Source of the DNA: Spongospora subterranea f. sp. subterranea
Taxonomy: Eukaryota
DNA length: 64,000 nucleotides
NCBI GenBank assembly: GCA_049724395.1
Contig: JAUGWO010000036.1
Coordinates: 1-64,000, forward strand
Reading direction: 5' to 3'
The notes under the pieces are model-generated. The model had not been told where the DNA came from. It did not search any database and worked only from the letters and a program-made list of their open reading frames with translations. The position numbers and the translations under genes were made by a program. This document shows, piece after piece, positions 26,199 to 38,779 of this stretch; positions within the stretch are counted from its first letter, which is position 1, and the number at the start of each line of letters is the position of its first letter.

Positions 26199-27814
26199 AT
26201 GCATTCGGTCGAAGATGTTAAACCCGATGAATGGGTCCCGTTATCTCGGTCGCACATCTTCACTGAACAAAGGCGATACTATGAACAATTGGGGCCATCG
26301 GCATGGGCCGGGAGCGGAGCTGTTCCTAGCTACATTACCAGCAACACATTCATTGCCGACCGCTATCTACGATGCATTATCGACGCTGCCAGCAGCAGTG
26401 TCGGCGATTTCGCTGTATTGGAATTCGGCAGTGGTTCTGGCGAATTAGCATTTCTAATCATTGCGACCTGGATTGATCTATGCCTTCGACGCGAATGGAA
26501 TCCGAATCGAATGTTTTATATTATGAGTGATGCTGTCCCACATAATGTCCACTCATATTGCACTCATCCTCAATTGTTGGAATTTGCTCGGCGTGGTCTA
26601 GTGGACTTCGCCTTGATTGACGTCCTACGCCCGAATTATCCCATTAACCTACTCCATTCCCGTGCAAAATTTGCACCCAGCAAATTTTGTAGTTTAAGCA
26701 TCATCGCCAATTACGTTCTTGATAGCCTCCCCCATGATCTCTATTCGTTTTTCAGAAAAAACGTCGAGTTCCGGCAGATGGAAGTCTGCACCAAACCTCG
26801 TCTTAAGACTCGAATGCGAGCCATGAGAAGAACGGACCATCTTCCCTCCGATATTAGACACTTTCTGGAGGAGCAATGTGGATCTGATCAGGCTGATCGC
26901 GTTGTCTTAATACCTATTGGCGCTGTTGAAATGATTCGCTTCATTCGGCATTGTTTCAAAGGGTTTCCAACACTGTTGCTAATTGCTGGTCGGTTGAACA
27001 TCGATTCGACCGTTCAGTTTTGCTGAAATTCTCCCACCAGATAAATGCGAATCCACCTCGGGTTTGAATCCGGAGAATCCATTGATCCCTCTAGCGCTGC
27101 ATGGGTCGTTCTCGTTGCCCGTCAACTTTGACTTTCTCGCGTTTATTTGCTCGTTTTATGGCGGTAAACTATCTTGGCACTGCGATTGAAAACGACGATG
27201 CTGAATTTCGATCAGGATGGGTATGGAGGACCGGGACCAACTACACCCGTCTTGGCGTCATGGTCGTGTCGTTCAACACGGCGAGCATCTCGGCTGCTGT
27301 TCAGTTTATGGAACCCTTTTCCGTCTATGACTTCTACGAATTACAGGACGCAGTTGGCAACAACCAGTTCGCTGTCGCGTCCGTCAACCATGTCCTGTCG
27401 TTCTTACGATTATCTGTATTTGACGCTCGATTTTTCCATAAGCTCAAGGATCGATTGTTGGCGCTAATCACAGGCCGCGAATTGGACCCCGGTTTATTCA
27501 ACGATCTACGATTTGCGATGCATCTAGTGGTGGCGCACTGCTATAGACTTGAACCCAGTTCCGACATCATCTTCGAGGTCGCCCAAGTTCTACAGGAGAT
27601 GCGCCTGTACGAAGACGCGGCGTCGATGTGCAATCTGTCGATTCGTCTATACGGTCCCCATCCGCTTGTAGTTCTAACAAGAGGCCTTCTGCTGGCCCAA
27701 CTGGGCCAGCACGCGTTGGCCATGAAAGAGTTCCAAGTCTTGATTCATCAGAATCCCAGTTTGCCATCTGCCTGGGACCGCCTATTATTTTTCCAGGTGC
27801 CAACCCCAAGGTAG
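26199..27814 (+). CDS. MidA/NDUFAF7-like SAM-dependent methyltransferase with C-terminal TPRs (3 exons)
   Basis: 'VPSYITSN', motif I 'VLEFGSGSG', 'IIANYVLDSLPHD', 'LHGSFSLPVNF'; TPR-like helical C-terminus; introns at ~26989-27040 and ~27164-27215. Confidence 0.75.
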
Positions 27815-27983
27815 GCTCAAACCAGAAGTGTTCCAAACTACGTATATTGTTTTCCCTATTGATAACATGGTTGAGTCATTATCGGGACGTGAATCAATAC
27901 AATCGCCACGAATGTAATATCTGCGTTCATATTGTTATTGTTTATCTGTCTGTATAATATTCGGCTCGCTATCTTTCTTAAGA

Positions 27984-28265
27984 ATGAAGCATTGGTCCAT
28001 CTTTTCTCTAGTCGCGGTTGTGTTCATGATGATTTCAATCGACGCCGGACGATACCACCAGGAGCCGCAATGCCATGACTCTGAGCCCATTGCTGTTAGT
28101 TATCAATCAAGGTCGTCCCGATTGGGTTCTTTACCGCCCAATACTATGGAATGCCATAGATCCTCTTGTTCCTCCATCTGTTCCTCGAGTAATTCTTCCA
28201 TGATGAATTCCGTACATAAACATATATTTTTTTCTTTCGACCGTGGAAAGCCAAACTTGAGCTAA
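27984..28265 (+). CDS. Small ORF with a predicted signal peptide
   Basis: 'MKHWSIFSLVAVVFMMISIDA' has a basic n-region, a hydrophobic core and an IDA end. Confidence 0.35.
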   Translation: MKHWSIFSLVAVVFMMISIDAGRYHQEPQCHDSEPIAVSYQSRSSRLGSLPPNTMECHRSSCSSICSSSNSSMMNSVHKHIFFSFDRGKPNLS

Positions 28266-29399
28266 TCGAGAGTCAATCCTATATGTGCAAACTTGATTTG
28301 CGGTATTTGGATGATTTTGGCAAAATGACGAGATAATGATGATCGTTCAGAACATGAATCAAGTTGACTCTGGGGCGAATTGACATTATCGGATCAATTG
28401 GTATGATATGTCGATCACCATCATTTGGGAAATTTGATCATAATTAAGGTGCAGGTCAGCCATTGCCGCGAAATGAAGGCATAGTCGATAAGGATATCAA
28501 GAACTCTTATTCTATTCGCAAAGTGATTTACGCATGTTCAAACGTGATTCAAACGGCATAAGTAAAATCAGGCAGGACTTCATATCCTTCGTTTTAGAAG
28601 TGATGATGGAATGGTTTCTGATCATAATCAATAATTGAGACGTTTGTTGTAATTGATTTATCGATTCATGCAGTTGACACAACACAGCATCAACAATTGA
28701 AACGCGATCTGTAATCACTTCATCGATGTTCAACAAGACGGCATTTCAATGACGGGGCAGCAATTTCCAGCACCCAAGCAACATCTCCAGAATAGACCAA
28801 TTTAATCCAGAAATCGCTGCCCCAATGCTCCTCGATTTTGCAAAACGGGTTTAGCTACATCACGAGCGCCTCAACTGTCGCCGCAAACAGTCCTCATACG
28901 CACCTAACACAGGTGCAAACCTCTTGGCAAATTCGCCTTTCAACAAGTCAGATCTACTGATTGACCTGACAGGACCAGCGACTGTACAGTTATAACAGTC
29001 AACAGCAATGGTATTACAAATCAGTCGAGAGTCAACGAGTGTAATTGTTGGTTGTGTCTTAGAAATCAAAATGGTTAGCACAAGACGGTACAGCTACAGT
29101 AAATTTTATCAATATAAACACAAATTATGCAAAATCTGAGTAAAATATCATTAAAATAAGTTTGAGCCCTAGCGCCTCCAGACCAGTAAGATGACGTTCA
29201 ACCTTAGTGACCATCCCGCCATACATGAAACTCAGCTTTAACATCCTTCGCTGTCTGCACATCCTCATTAGCTGTCTTCAAATCCGCCTCGCTGTCTTCA
29301 GCATTTCTTCAGTAATTTTTTTAAGAACTGTGGTCTTCGTTTGCACATCCTTCATCGAAACAACATCGCGATAGACAGCTAAGGAGGATCTACATATAG

Positions 29400-32300
29400 C
29401 GAAGGACGTTGATAACGAGCTGATTCTGATGGTATGGCGGAATGGTCATTGAGCTTGAAGGTCCTTTACAAGTGTAGCTTTGAAAACTTGAAAACCACGC
29501 CAGTAAATCAGCAGTTCTGGTGTACCAATCACTGAATTGTACGCCGATCCAAGATCTCTTCGGGGAAAAACATATTGCCGTTACCGCAAAATATTCCAGC
29601 AGTTTCATTGTGATATCGAGATTGATGTCGTCGTTGAACTTGAGACGAGACGCGTGTGTACGTCATTTTCCGAACCCGTGATTAAATCGCGAACCGTGAA
29701 TAGTAACTAGTGAGGAATTGTGCTCACAATGACGACAGGTCCATACCAGCTAAATTCGGTCTTAGACGGAGTAAGTCGAATGTTATTTGCAATAAGACAA
29801 TAATCACCTTCCCGCCCCAAAATTTGCGAGTTCTACAGATTCTTGCTTACGGTGACGTGAGCGGATATTTGCTCGGTGAGATGACAACGTGTTTTAGCAC
29901 AATAAAAGCTTGGGCTTTCCTCTGGTGGACCTTGAGCTTATTTGCAACAGCGGAAAAGGCACCTTTGACAGGGTGGCCATTTTGGGTGTTGGTCATGATC
30001 TTTCAAATGCTCTGCAACGCTGAGCATTGGTAAGCATTGGACATTTAGGGTCTTTCCTATCATCATCCCCCGATTTCAAGTTCTGGTTCATCCCTTGCTC
30101 CCGGTACGCCGAAGACTTTTGCAAACAAACCAAGATGACAATGTAATAACGGGATTCGCTTTGTTTCATCGTTAGTTTGATATGAAAATTTGAAAAAAAA
30201 ATGCCGCAAAAAATGGCCTTAATCTTGCGCGGACTGCGATCATGGACAATTAATACCGGACAGAGGGAGTAATAACAGACAGTAATTGTGAAGGCGCGAG
30301 GTCATCAAAAATCGTGACCGGCGCGTACTTCAGACGTGGTTCAGCGCCATGTTCATCAATGACAAAATGCTGGGCCAGTCTTGCAAAAATTTTATCTGCA
30401 TTTTGGATGTCTGTGCCTTCAACAGCGCCAGGACCTGTCGATTAACGATTTGCACAGTGCCGTTTGCCCAAGGCGTGTAAAATGATGGTCAATAGCGAAC
30501 ACAGTTTCTCAATGACGAATTTTTTGAATGAGTTCTTGGTCCGATACATTCGTGAACACAATACCAAATCGCTTGAATCAATTCATCAATGAGTCAACGA
30601 CGGTTCCATGATCGGCGTTTGCGCAGGTATGAGCTCGACGAAGTTGCTCGTCAAAACCAAAATGTACTTAAAAATATGCCGGCACTTCGACGAAAGGACA
30701 CGTCCGTTCGTGGTCATCGTTATGCATCGACACCAAAGATTTGAACAGCCGATTAGAACGAACAATTTGGCCGATGCCACATATTGAGATCATTCTCAAT
30801 TACCAACGTAACTCATCGATTTATATATTGCTGGACGCTTTCAAAAGCTACTGGCAGTTTTTTCTACATATTGAAACGCTGGGACGCTGTTCCTTCATGA
30901 CCCATGAATCATACAAGGATTGGTCGACGTCGTTTTCGCGTGTCAAGCGGCAATGCAAGAGGTTTTAGGCGATCTCCTGTATAATGGCGTCTTACTGTGG
31001 ATTTACGACCTGTTTGGTTATTCTAACAACATCAATGATTATTTTCATTTGCTCAATAAACTTCTTGGCCTTTTGGCTCGGTTCGCCATCAATCTTAATT
31101 TGAATCGATGTCATCTCTATAAGAACACAGTAAAATGGTGCGGTCGCGTTTTTCCGCTAAAGGGACGTCATTCGACCCAGATATGGTGTCCGCATTAGCA
31201 ACTCTTAACGTCCCGACTGACTACTGCAGCGGATTTACAGCAGTTATTGTGCTCCATCAACTGGATACGAGGGAACATACCACGTTATGCCCAATTGATC
31301 GATCCTTTGCAGAAACTGCTAGTCCGCTGCTCAAAAATTGTCGATTCAGTCAATTGCGACGCGTAAATCTCATCCATCAAGGTGTGGTGGACGTTTCAAC
31401 ACGTCAAATGTTTTTCCGAATTCAAACAAGTTCTCACCAAATCAATAACCACTGGATCACGTTGAAGACGACTGGAGACTACCACTATCTTTCATCAATG
31501 GCGCATTAAAGTCAATTTCGCTGGGCAACGACAGAGAGAGAAGAATTCGCTATCGTTGAAGGAATCCATCATTTGAATTTTTTCAGACCCGACACACAAT
31601 TTCAATATTTACCGATCAACCTAACTTGGTCTACGTTCTCGACCCAACATCACCAACATCATCAATATACCGACACTCTGAGGGCCGCCTCGCCCGATGG
31701 GAAATGCAGCTCTCTCAAGATGATTTTGACATCCAGCACACGGCTGGCGAAGTCAACGTCTGGGCTGATCTCGGGACCCGATGGGGCGTCCCCGTCAAAC
31801 CGAACGACGACGACGAGTCCAACGCTTACTGAAATTGCCAGAGCCCAATCAGATTTTCTTCATTCTTGAAATCGCTCACATAATGGCCGTGTTTTCATCG
31901 TGAACGACGACACCGAATTTGGGCATCAACGCGACTGATTGGTGTGAAGATCCGCGACAACCAGATATGGATTCCTACAGAGCTTTTGCGATTCCGCATT
32001 TTGTGTTATCGACCATATGGGACTCTCAGCTAATCTTGTTCCCGACGCCATGCTTGCCGCAATCGCAATTATTCCGCATCGGTTCGGAAATGTAATCGCA
32101 GAGCAACCGATCAAAGTTATCCACTTGCGACTATTTGTTTATTAGCAAACATTCGTCAAAGTTCCGGCATCTTTTAAGTACATTTGGTTTTGAAGGACGA
32201 CTTTAGCAACTTCCTCGAACTCATACCCCACACAAATGCCGATAATGGAACCGTCGTTGACACATTGATGAATCGGTTCAAGTGATTTGATATTGTGTTC

Positions 32301-33070
32301 ATGCATGTATCGGCTCAAACCTCCAATCTTCTTGAAGCACTCGATAACACCCATCATTCTGTTCAGAACACATTGTCATCTCACCGAGCAAATATCCGCT
32401 CACGTCGCCGTCAGCAGAACGCGCAAAATTTCGGGCGGGAGGTGATTATTGTCTTATTGCAAATAACATTCGACTTACCTGTCGTCATTGTGAGCTCAAT
32501 TCGTCACCAGTTGATATTCACGGTTCGCGATTCAATCACGGGTTCGAAAAACGACGTACACGCGTGTCGTCACAAGTTCAACAACAACATCAATCTCGAT
32601 ATCACTACGAAACCGCTGGAAACTTGAGCCTTGACCGGCAATACGTTTTTTCCCGAAGCGATCTTGGATCGGCGTGCAAATTCAGTGATTGGTAAACCAG
32701 AACTGCTGGTTCACTGACGTGGTTTTGGACCTGGGATCCGAACGAAATCATCGCAGAAGATGTTCAAGATATGGTTAAAGCCTTTTTTCACCGTTGTCAT
32801 AATTGTTATGGTGTCGTTTTAACGGGAGGAGTGTGATAGCTATAGAGTAATTCGCCCATCTTTATGACACATTGCCTGAGACCAGGCACCCTACGACTTA
32901 CCCTTGCTTGAACCAATTCATCAATGTGTCAACGGCGGTTCCATGATCGGCGTTTGTGCAGGGTATCAGTTCGACGAAGTTGCTAAAGTCGTCCTTCAAA
33001 ATCAAATGTACTTAAAAAGATGAAAGAACTTTGACGAATGTTTGCTAATTAACAGGTAGCCGTAAGTGGA
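29400..33070. mobile_element. Scrambled Gypsy (chromodomain-type) remnants in both orientations
   Basis: Plus strand: 'LDAFKSYWQF', 'LLWIYDLFGY', 'VKWCGR', 'RLARW...IQHTAGEVNVWADL' and chromodomain-like 'ILDRR...ELLVH' (~32660-32780). Minus-strand integrase and C-terminal copies lie at ~29420-30690 and 32908-33070. Confidence 0.85.
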
Positions 33071-36000
33071 TTCGATTTTCTGGCTGATAAATCGAGATAG
33101 TCACTAAATTCAGGGTGCTGCTAAATCTGGGTACTAGATGCAATACCATGCGATTCGTGTCTGGATGTCTGACCATTGTTTAACCAAGGGAGGGTAGCTG
33201 CTGATTTGAACGACAACCAAAAAACTTTTCTACTGGAAACCTGATGGTTGCAAACCGATGTTGGACAAAAGAACCCTGTTTTCGCATGTTTGGGTTCTCT
33301 TCACGATATCACAAAGGCCAAGAGACGACCAAGGGTGACAGTTCATACCTGGTTTTTCTGAGGAAGGCAAAAATGTTCGTTGAGAGTTTGCTGTTGTGAT
33401 GCCGATTCTATCGAATCATTGATGTTTGAACTGCTTGTCCGTATTCGATTGAAAAAATACTGGATCTACATTGAGAATAACCGTGTCCGAACTGCCCAAC
33501 ATTGCCACCTATAGGTACTTTACAGAACAGAAGTAGTTTTATGACAGCAATGTTGTTCTTCAGGTCACGTCTGTCAAATCACAATAAAACTCCATCGAAT
33601 TCGCACGTTGCTTTTATACCGAATTTTCCTGAAAGCATCTGTTTAATTCAGCAAGAGTAGCAGTAAATGTCTCGAGCTCCTCAGCATGAAAATCGCTGAC
33701 CCCAAACGTTTTGGACCTTAAAGAGGGCGTCGATGGGGACGTGGTAACCGGAAAGTAATTGGAACCACGACGACTTGTTCGTGTTGTTGGATTCGACATT
33801 TTTTGCTTGAGCGATATGTTCAGTGGACGAATAATCGTTCAAATTGTTGGTTGGTGGTGGCGCCCCAGGTTCGGGTCGTCGCCTCCAATGCCACAGAGTT
33901 TATCATTTTCCTTTGTCTATGGATGTTTTTCATAAATTGTTTGCCCCTGACGATGCCCACGACCTTCACCCCGCAAAACGCGAATATAATCGACCGCCAA
34001 ACGATAATCTAGACCTCACCAGCGCTGCCAAAACGGAATGTCGTGTTGTTGAAAAACAAGAAATGGATTTCAGTTTGATCTGATACACAATGGTCTGTGG
34101 TGAAAAGGGACTCTTTCATGTGTTATCTTGATCATGATAACCAACTATTGTTTGTGGGGCAACGGGTTCAGCAATCCGTCGAAAATCAAACATACAGTAA
34201 ACACAGCACACCTGATCGGCTGAAATTCCCTGATTTGTACACCATATACCATTGGTGTTCGTGATCGATATCACAACGTTCGGTGTCGAACAGCTCCCTC
34301 TTATATCTATCATTCTTTGACTAGGCCACATTTGAAAACGCACTATGGGATGTTTTCAATACCTGCAATGATTGATGAAGTTCATAGATCAGTTTTGCCC
34401 CGGATTGTGATCGTTCCATCGTATCCGTATCGGGGTGTTATTGGTAAGCGAGCGACGCCATGTTTACCGGTTGTTCCATGTGTGGTAGTTGCGCCATCAA
34501 TAGTCAAACGAGTATTTATCTTTGACAAGATGAGAACATGACCAATGCCGATTGACAGTGTGTTAGCATAATTTAGTTGGCCCCTCGACCACACTACCTT
34601 GGCCATCTTCCAGACGTCATAATGTATTGCACAGTTATCTACTGTATCAGGATCGCGCCATGAAACTGTCTTTTGTTTGAGATGACACGGTCTTGTTTGT
34701 ATTCACCGAATTCAAGGACCTTAGGCTTGCCAGCTATTCCCTCATGGACAAATTATAATATGGTGGCGCCTGCCTTTGAATGGGTCAAAAATACTGCCAA
34801 ACAGGCCATCGGGAGTTGTTGTTCTTTGGTAGTTAAAAAATTGTTGCGAGTATGCCCATTGTAGACTAAACCTGGCAGATTTTCGGGGTAGAATTTTTGC
34901 TCAGAACATCTAGGGCTGGTTCTCAGATGTATTGACGATTCCATCAATGAACGTTTAAACACACTTCAGTGCTGCTCCGGCGGCATAGATGGCGGATGTG
35001 TATTGCGACAGACGCTTCTCTATCAGTTGATTGAAAATATAATATCCTTGTGTTAGACCCGGATCAATCAAAACTACGAGCTATTATTCTTGAGATGGAC
35101 GCGATAGACCTGTCAAATTTTGCCATAGGAAGCCAGTCGTAAAGGCTCAGCCAAACCGCGACACACCAATTGCTAATGCCTCAACGCGTTCGAATCTGCT
35201 TCCGATTGTTCTGACAATGTATTCCGGTAGTCGGAATCCACTTGACAGCAGCGTCGATTGTTGAGCTGTAGAGTGAAATCGTAGCAAAGAAGTGTTATCG
35301 AAATCGTCTAGACCCACATGGAATCTTTCCGATGACGGAATAGGAAGATTCAAGGGCGTTCGAAACAGTTTGTTTCGAAATGACTACCCGCCATTATTTG
35401 CTCTCATAAACAGATTGAACCAAACATGGCAGGTTGAATGTCCGTCTTTGCCTAAGACGTGGGATTCGATAAGCAGTCAAGCGTTATGCAGCATAATGTT
35501 GAAATCACAGCAGGAAAGTTGAATAGGTAGGTGAGGAGAATCGGGTATTGGAACCCTGGTGTATGACACATAAAATCGTTTGTCTCATCCTTAACTCTGA
35601 ACTCATCCTTGCCCCGTTGGCGAACCGCGCTACTGTTGCGCCATCCAAATTATTCCCCAATGCGTGTCCTCAATTTGTTGTTGGGCTTATGCTTTTGGCA
35701 ATGCTGCCAGATCGACTCGATCTGTATGGATGGCGGAACCGAATTGCCTAAATGGTCATGGTTGGGGCGCAACCGCTTGGCTCAGGTCAGGCCAATTACG
35801 CTTTCCAAGAAATCGCCTCCTCGACAAGGTTCTCTTGTATGGATGGCGGAATGTCGCTCCAAAAAATTGCCAAATTCTGAGATCATTGGTCCTTGCAGGA
35901 CACCATGTCGTGACGCGCAGGTATTGTTGGCAATGCTCCATGACGAGACCCAATTGCGTTTACACTATCCAGTATTTTCGAATATTCGACATTGGAGTCA

Positions 36001-37049
36001 AATTTGCGGCCAAGGCAATTCCTTGTTGGCAAGGAAATTCCTTGTTTTGACTTTCCAATATCAATCGTGTCGACCAGTTTGGTGAAATTTCTTCGATGAA
36101 TGTAGTCTTTCGGTTCATCTTCATATAAAGATTCGGCTTGTTCACTGCGTTTTTAGGAATGGGACTCGAGCCCGGGTTCGAAATTTGACGCGTCCCATAT
36201 CAGTATCGATTCTCAACAGTTGAGCCAAGAGGGCGAGAACCTCGATTGCCTTATCGATTCAAATCAAATTCCCATTGATTCGGAAGTTTTGCCGTCAAAA
36301 GACTTTCTCGAGAATCTCGTGCCCGCTAACAGAAACGCCCACCAGTGTGGTGACAGTTCTTTCCAAAACTTAGCCGTTCAGTCCATGCTACAAGGAAACT
36401 TCCTTTTGTTTGGGATTGCTAAGTTCGTCTTAGGATTGTAACCCGAGCACGTGTTCAACCCGTGATGCATCCCGTATCAGTATTGATGGTCAACAGTCAA
36501 TTGAAAGCGTAGAGGGCAAAACTTTCGATTGCCGCATCGAAAATACGATTATTTTGAAAAACCAGCCTGTTGACGTTCGTGAGAATTTCGTGCCAGTAAG
36601 CGATTGCCGAGAATCGTGATTACCAATATCTGATTATGGCGTACTAGGATGGATTTCCGGAGCAGACTCACAAAACGGTTCGCTTTCGTAATTACAAGTT
36701 ATTGTCGGATTGAGAATGCTCTGTCCGCTCTTAAACTGGAACCTGGATGAGGTCAAAGACTATGATAGCCTCTGTGTGTTTCTGGTCAGAACTCTGGTTC
36801 CCCGCTCTGTCTGGGATTTGATGATCACAAACGGTCATCGTCTGCTTAGGGAAAGGAGACGAATCCAGAACAGGTCGAGTTTCACGACAGTGTCGCCATG
36901 ACGGAACAGATCATGAAACTACTGTTCGCGGAAAGTCGGGGCGGATAAGGTTGAGGTCGGACAAAACAACATCGATGTTCCTGATCCTAGGCAAATTGGC
37001 AAGGCAACCAGCACCCTGCAAAAACTGATCCTAATTTCGAATTTTGTTT

Positions 37050-38001
37050 TGAAACTGGTCTCTTGCAGAAAATCGGGGTGCAGTATTAGTCGTAATGGTG
37101 ATTTCTTGTTTCAAGTACATCTGTCTCCCCGTCCTTCAATGTCTTGTGAAATGTTGTGGCAAAGACATCGACATGTTCCAGACACGTTGGGGAGCGCGTT
37201 TGAATCACTGTAATTTTGGAGCGAAATGCTGCCCCGGTCGTGGATTCAAATCATAACACCTGCGGTTTCCAGATGACGAAAATCGTCATAAACCCTGAAA
37301 ACAGGTTTTCATTCGCCATTTTTTTTTTTCAAAAAATCTGATGAACATTTGTGCTTTCAGAGAGCAAGACAACGACTTATTGGATCTCTCAGCTCTTATT
37401 GATGCTGTTTCAGCGTCAAAAACCTCAGAAGTCAAACTCAAACTGTGCTGTGAATTCAACGAGAAATACCGATCAAGTGGCGTGGTGACTCGAGATCTTC
37501 ACCGACAATTTTATATGCGGTCTCCGAAACCCATCTGGGGGTGCTTTGTTCATCACTGTGGCCAAAATACAAATGAGTGGATTCGAAAATGGGGCACTCG
37601 ATTCGCGCATGGGGAATTCGGCACGCGGAAATGTCAGGGTTTGCAGTTCCATCTTTGCGGATCGGTCGAGCCACCATTTGATATTCCAGCAAGACGTCAT
37701 CTTCGCGGTAAATCAACCCGAGACCTCCTTCCAGCGGTTTCCAAAATTCTCGAAGAGTATGATCAGTTCATGAGAGGAGACAACATTAATGAGACCGCCT
37801 CATTCGGCTTTAAGAACTTTGATCATCAAATTCCTTCGTCCACTCAACAATTGTTTGCATCGTCATTGCGCTGGAAGTGTTGAGGAATTTGTTCGGAGAT
37901 GGGGAGATTCAGTATTCTACAGCAAGTTCAGCCGCGATTGCTGTCCTGGAAAGGCGGAAAAAAATTTGATATCTGTCAATGGTCATCCCAAGGTTAGATA
38001 A
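37050..38001 (+). CDS. Hypothetical protein (probably spliced or frameshifted) with three copies of a Cys-rich module
   Basis: 'CLVKCCGKDIDMFQTRWG...FGAKCCPG', 'CFVHHCGQNTNEWIRKWG...FGTRKCQG' and 'CLHRHCAGSVEEFVRRWG...FSRDCCPG'. Confidence 0.5.
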
Positions 38002-38779
38002 GTGTTGACCCTCCAATGACTCAACAAACAAGGTAGATCAAGTCAAACAAATAAACCTGATATAGTTTCACAAAAAAGTTTATAAATTTATTCTCTTGTA
38101 TTCATATCATTATTTTTCGTAGAATTTCCTCATTTTTCCGTACAATCCCGTTGGATTCTGGCCAACATTGGCCGAGATATATATATGTGTATTCAACACC
38201 TCCCTCCGCTATTGACTACCTATTGTAGGTAGGCAACTCACGCTCGATTGATATCGATTGAGTTTGTTGCTGATCCTAATGTATTTGGAGTCGATTACCA
38301 TCAGATATAGTGGCAGTAGAAGGCCACCACAAATAGAGAACAACCGACTCGTCGTCGGGATGGAAATCGTGTACCTGAATGAGCATAAAATGTTTTGACA
38401 CAAACCCCCAATTACTGAATAAAACGGGAAAACTCATCACGATAAATCGACTTGGGATAGAGCCGATTTGTCGAAAGTTATGAAATACGGACTGTGAGAT
38501 GTTATATATCAAGCCAACAACCACAATTGAAGCGAATGTTTGAAGATTGACGATAGCGGGCGAGGGAATGTGTTGCCACATTTCACCTGGAGGGCAACAG
38601 ACAAGGTATGATTCCAATAACACGACATCGCCGACCACGACACTATTTCATGAGTCTGAGCCGCTATCTTCATTGGATGCGATTTGGTGACCCAAGCTCC
38701 TCCGCCTTTGAATGCCAACCTTTCCTCATGTATTATCTAACCCTATGTCGCTGACATACGCTCCGAATTTCACGAACTT

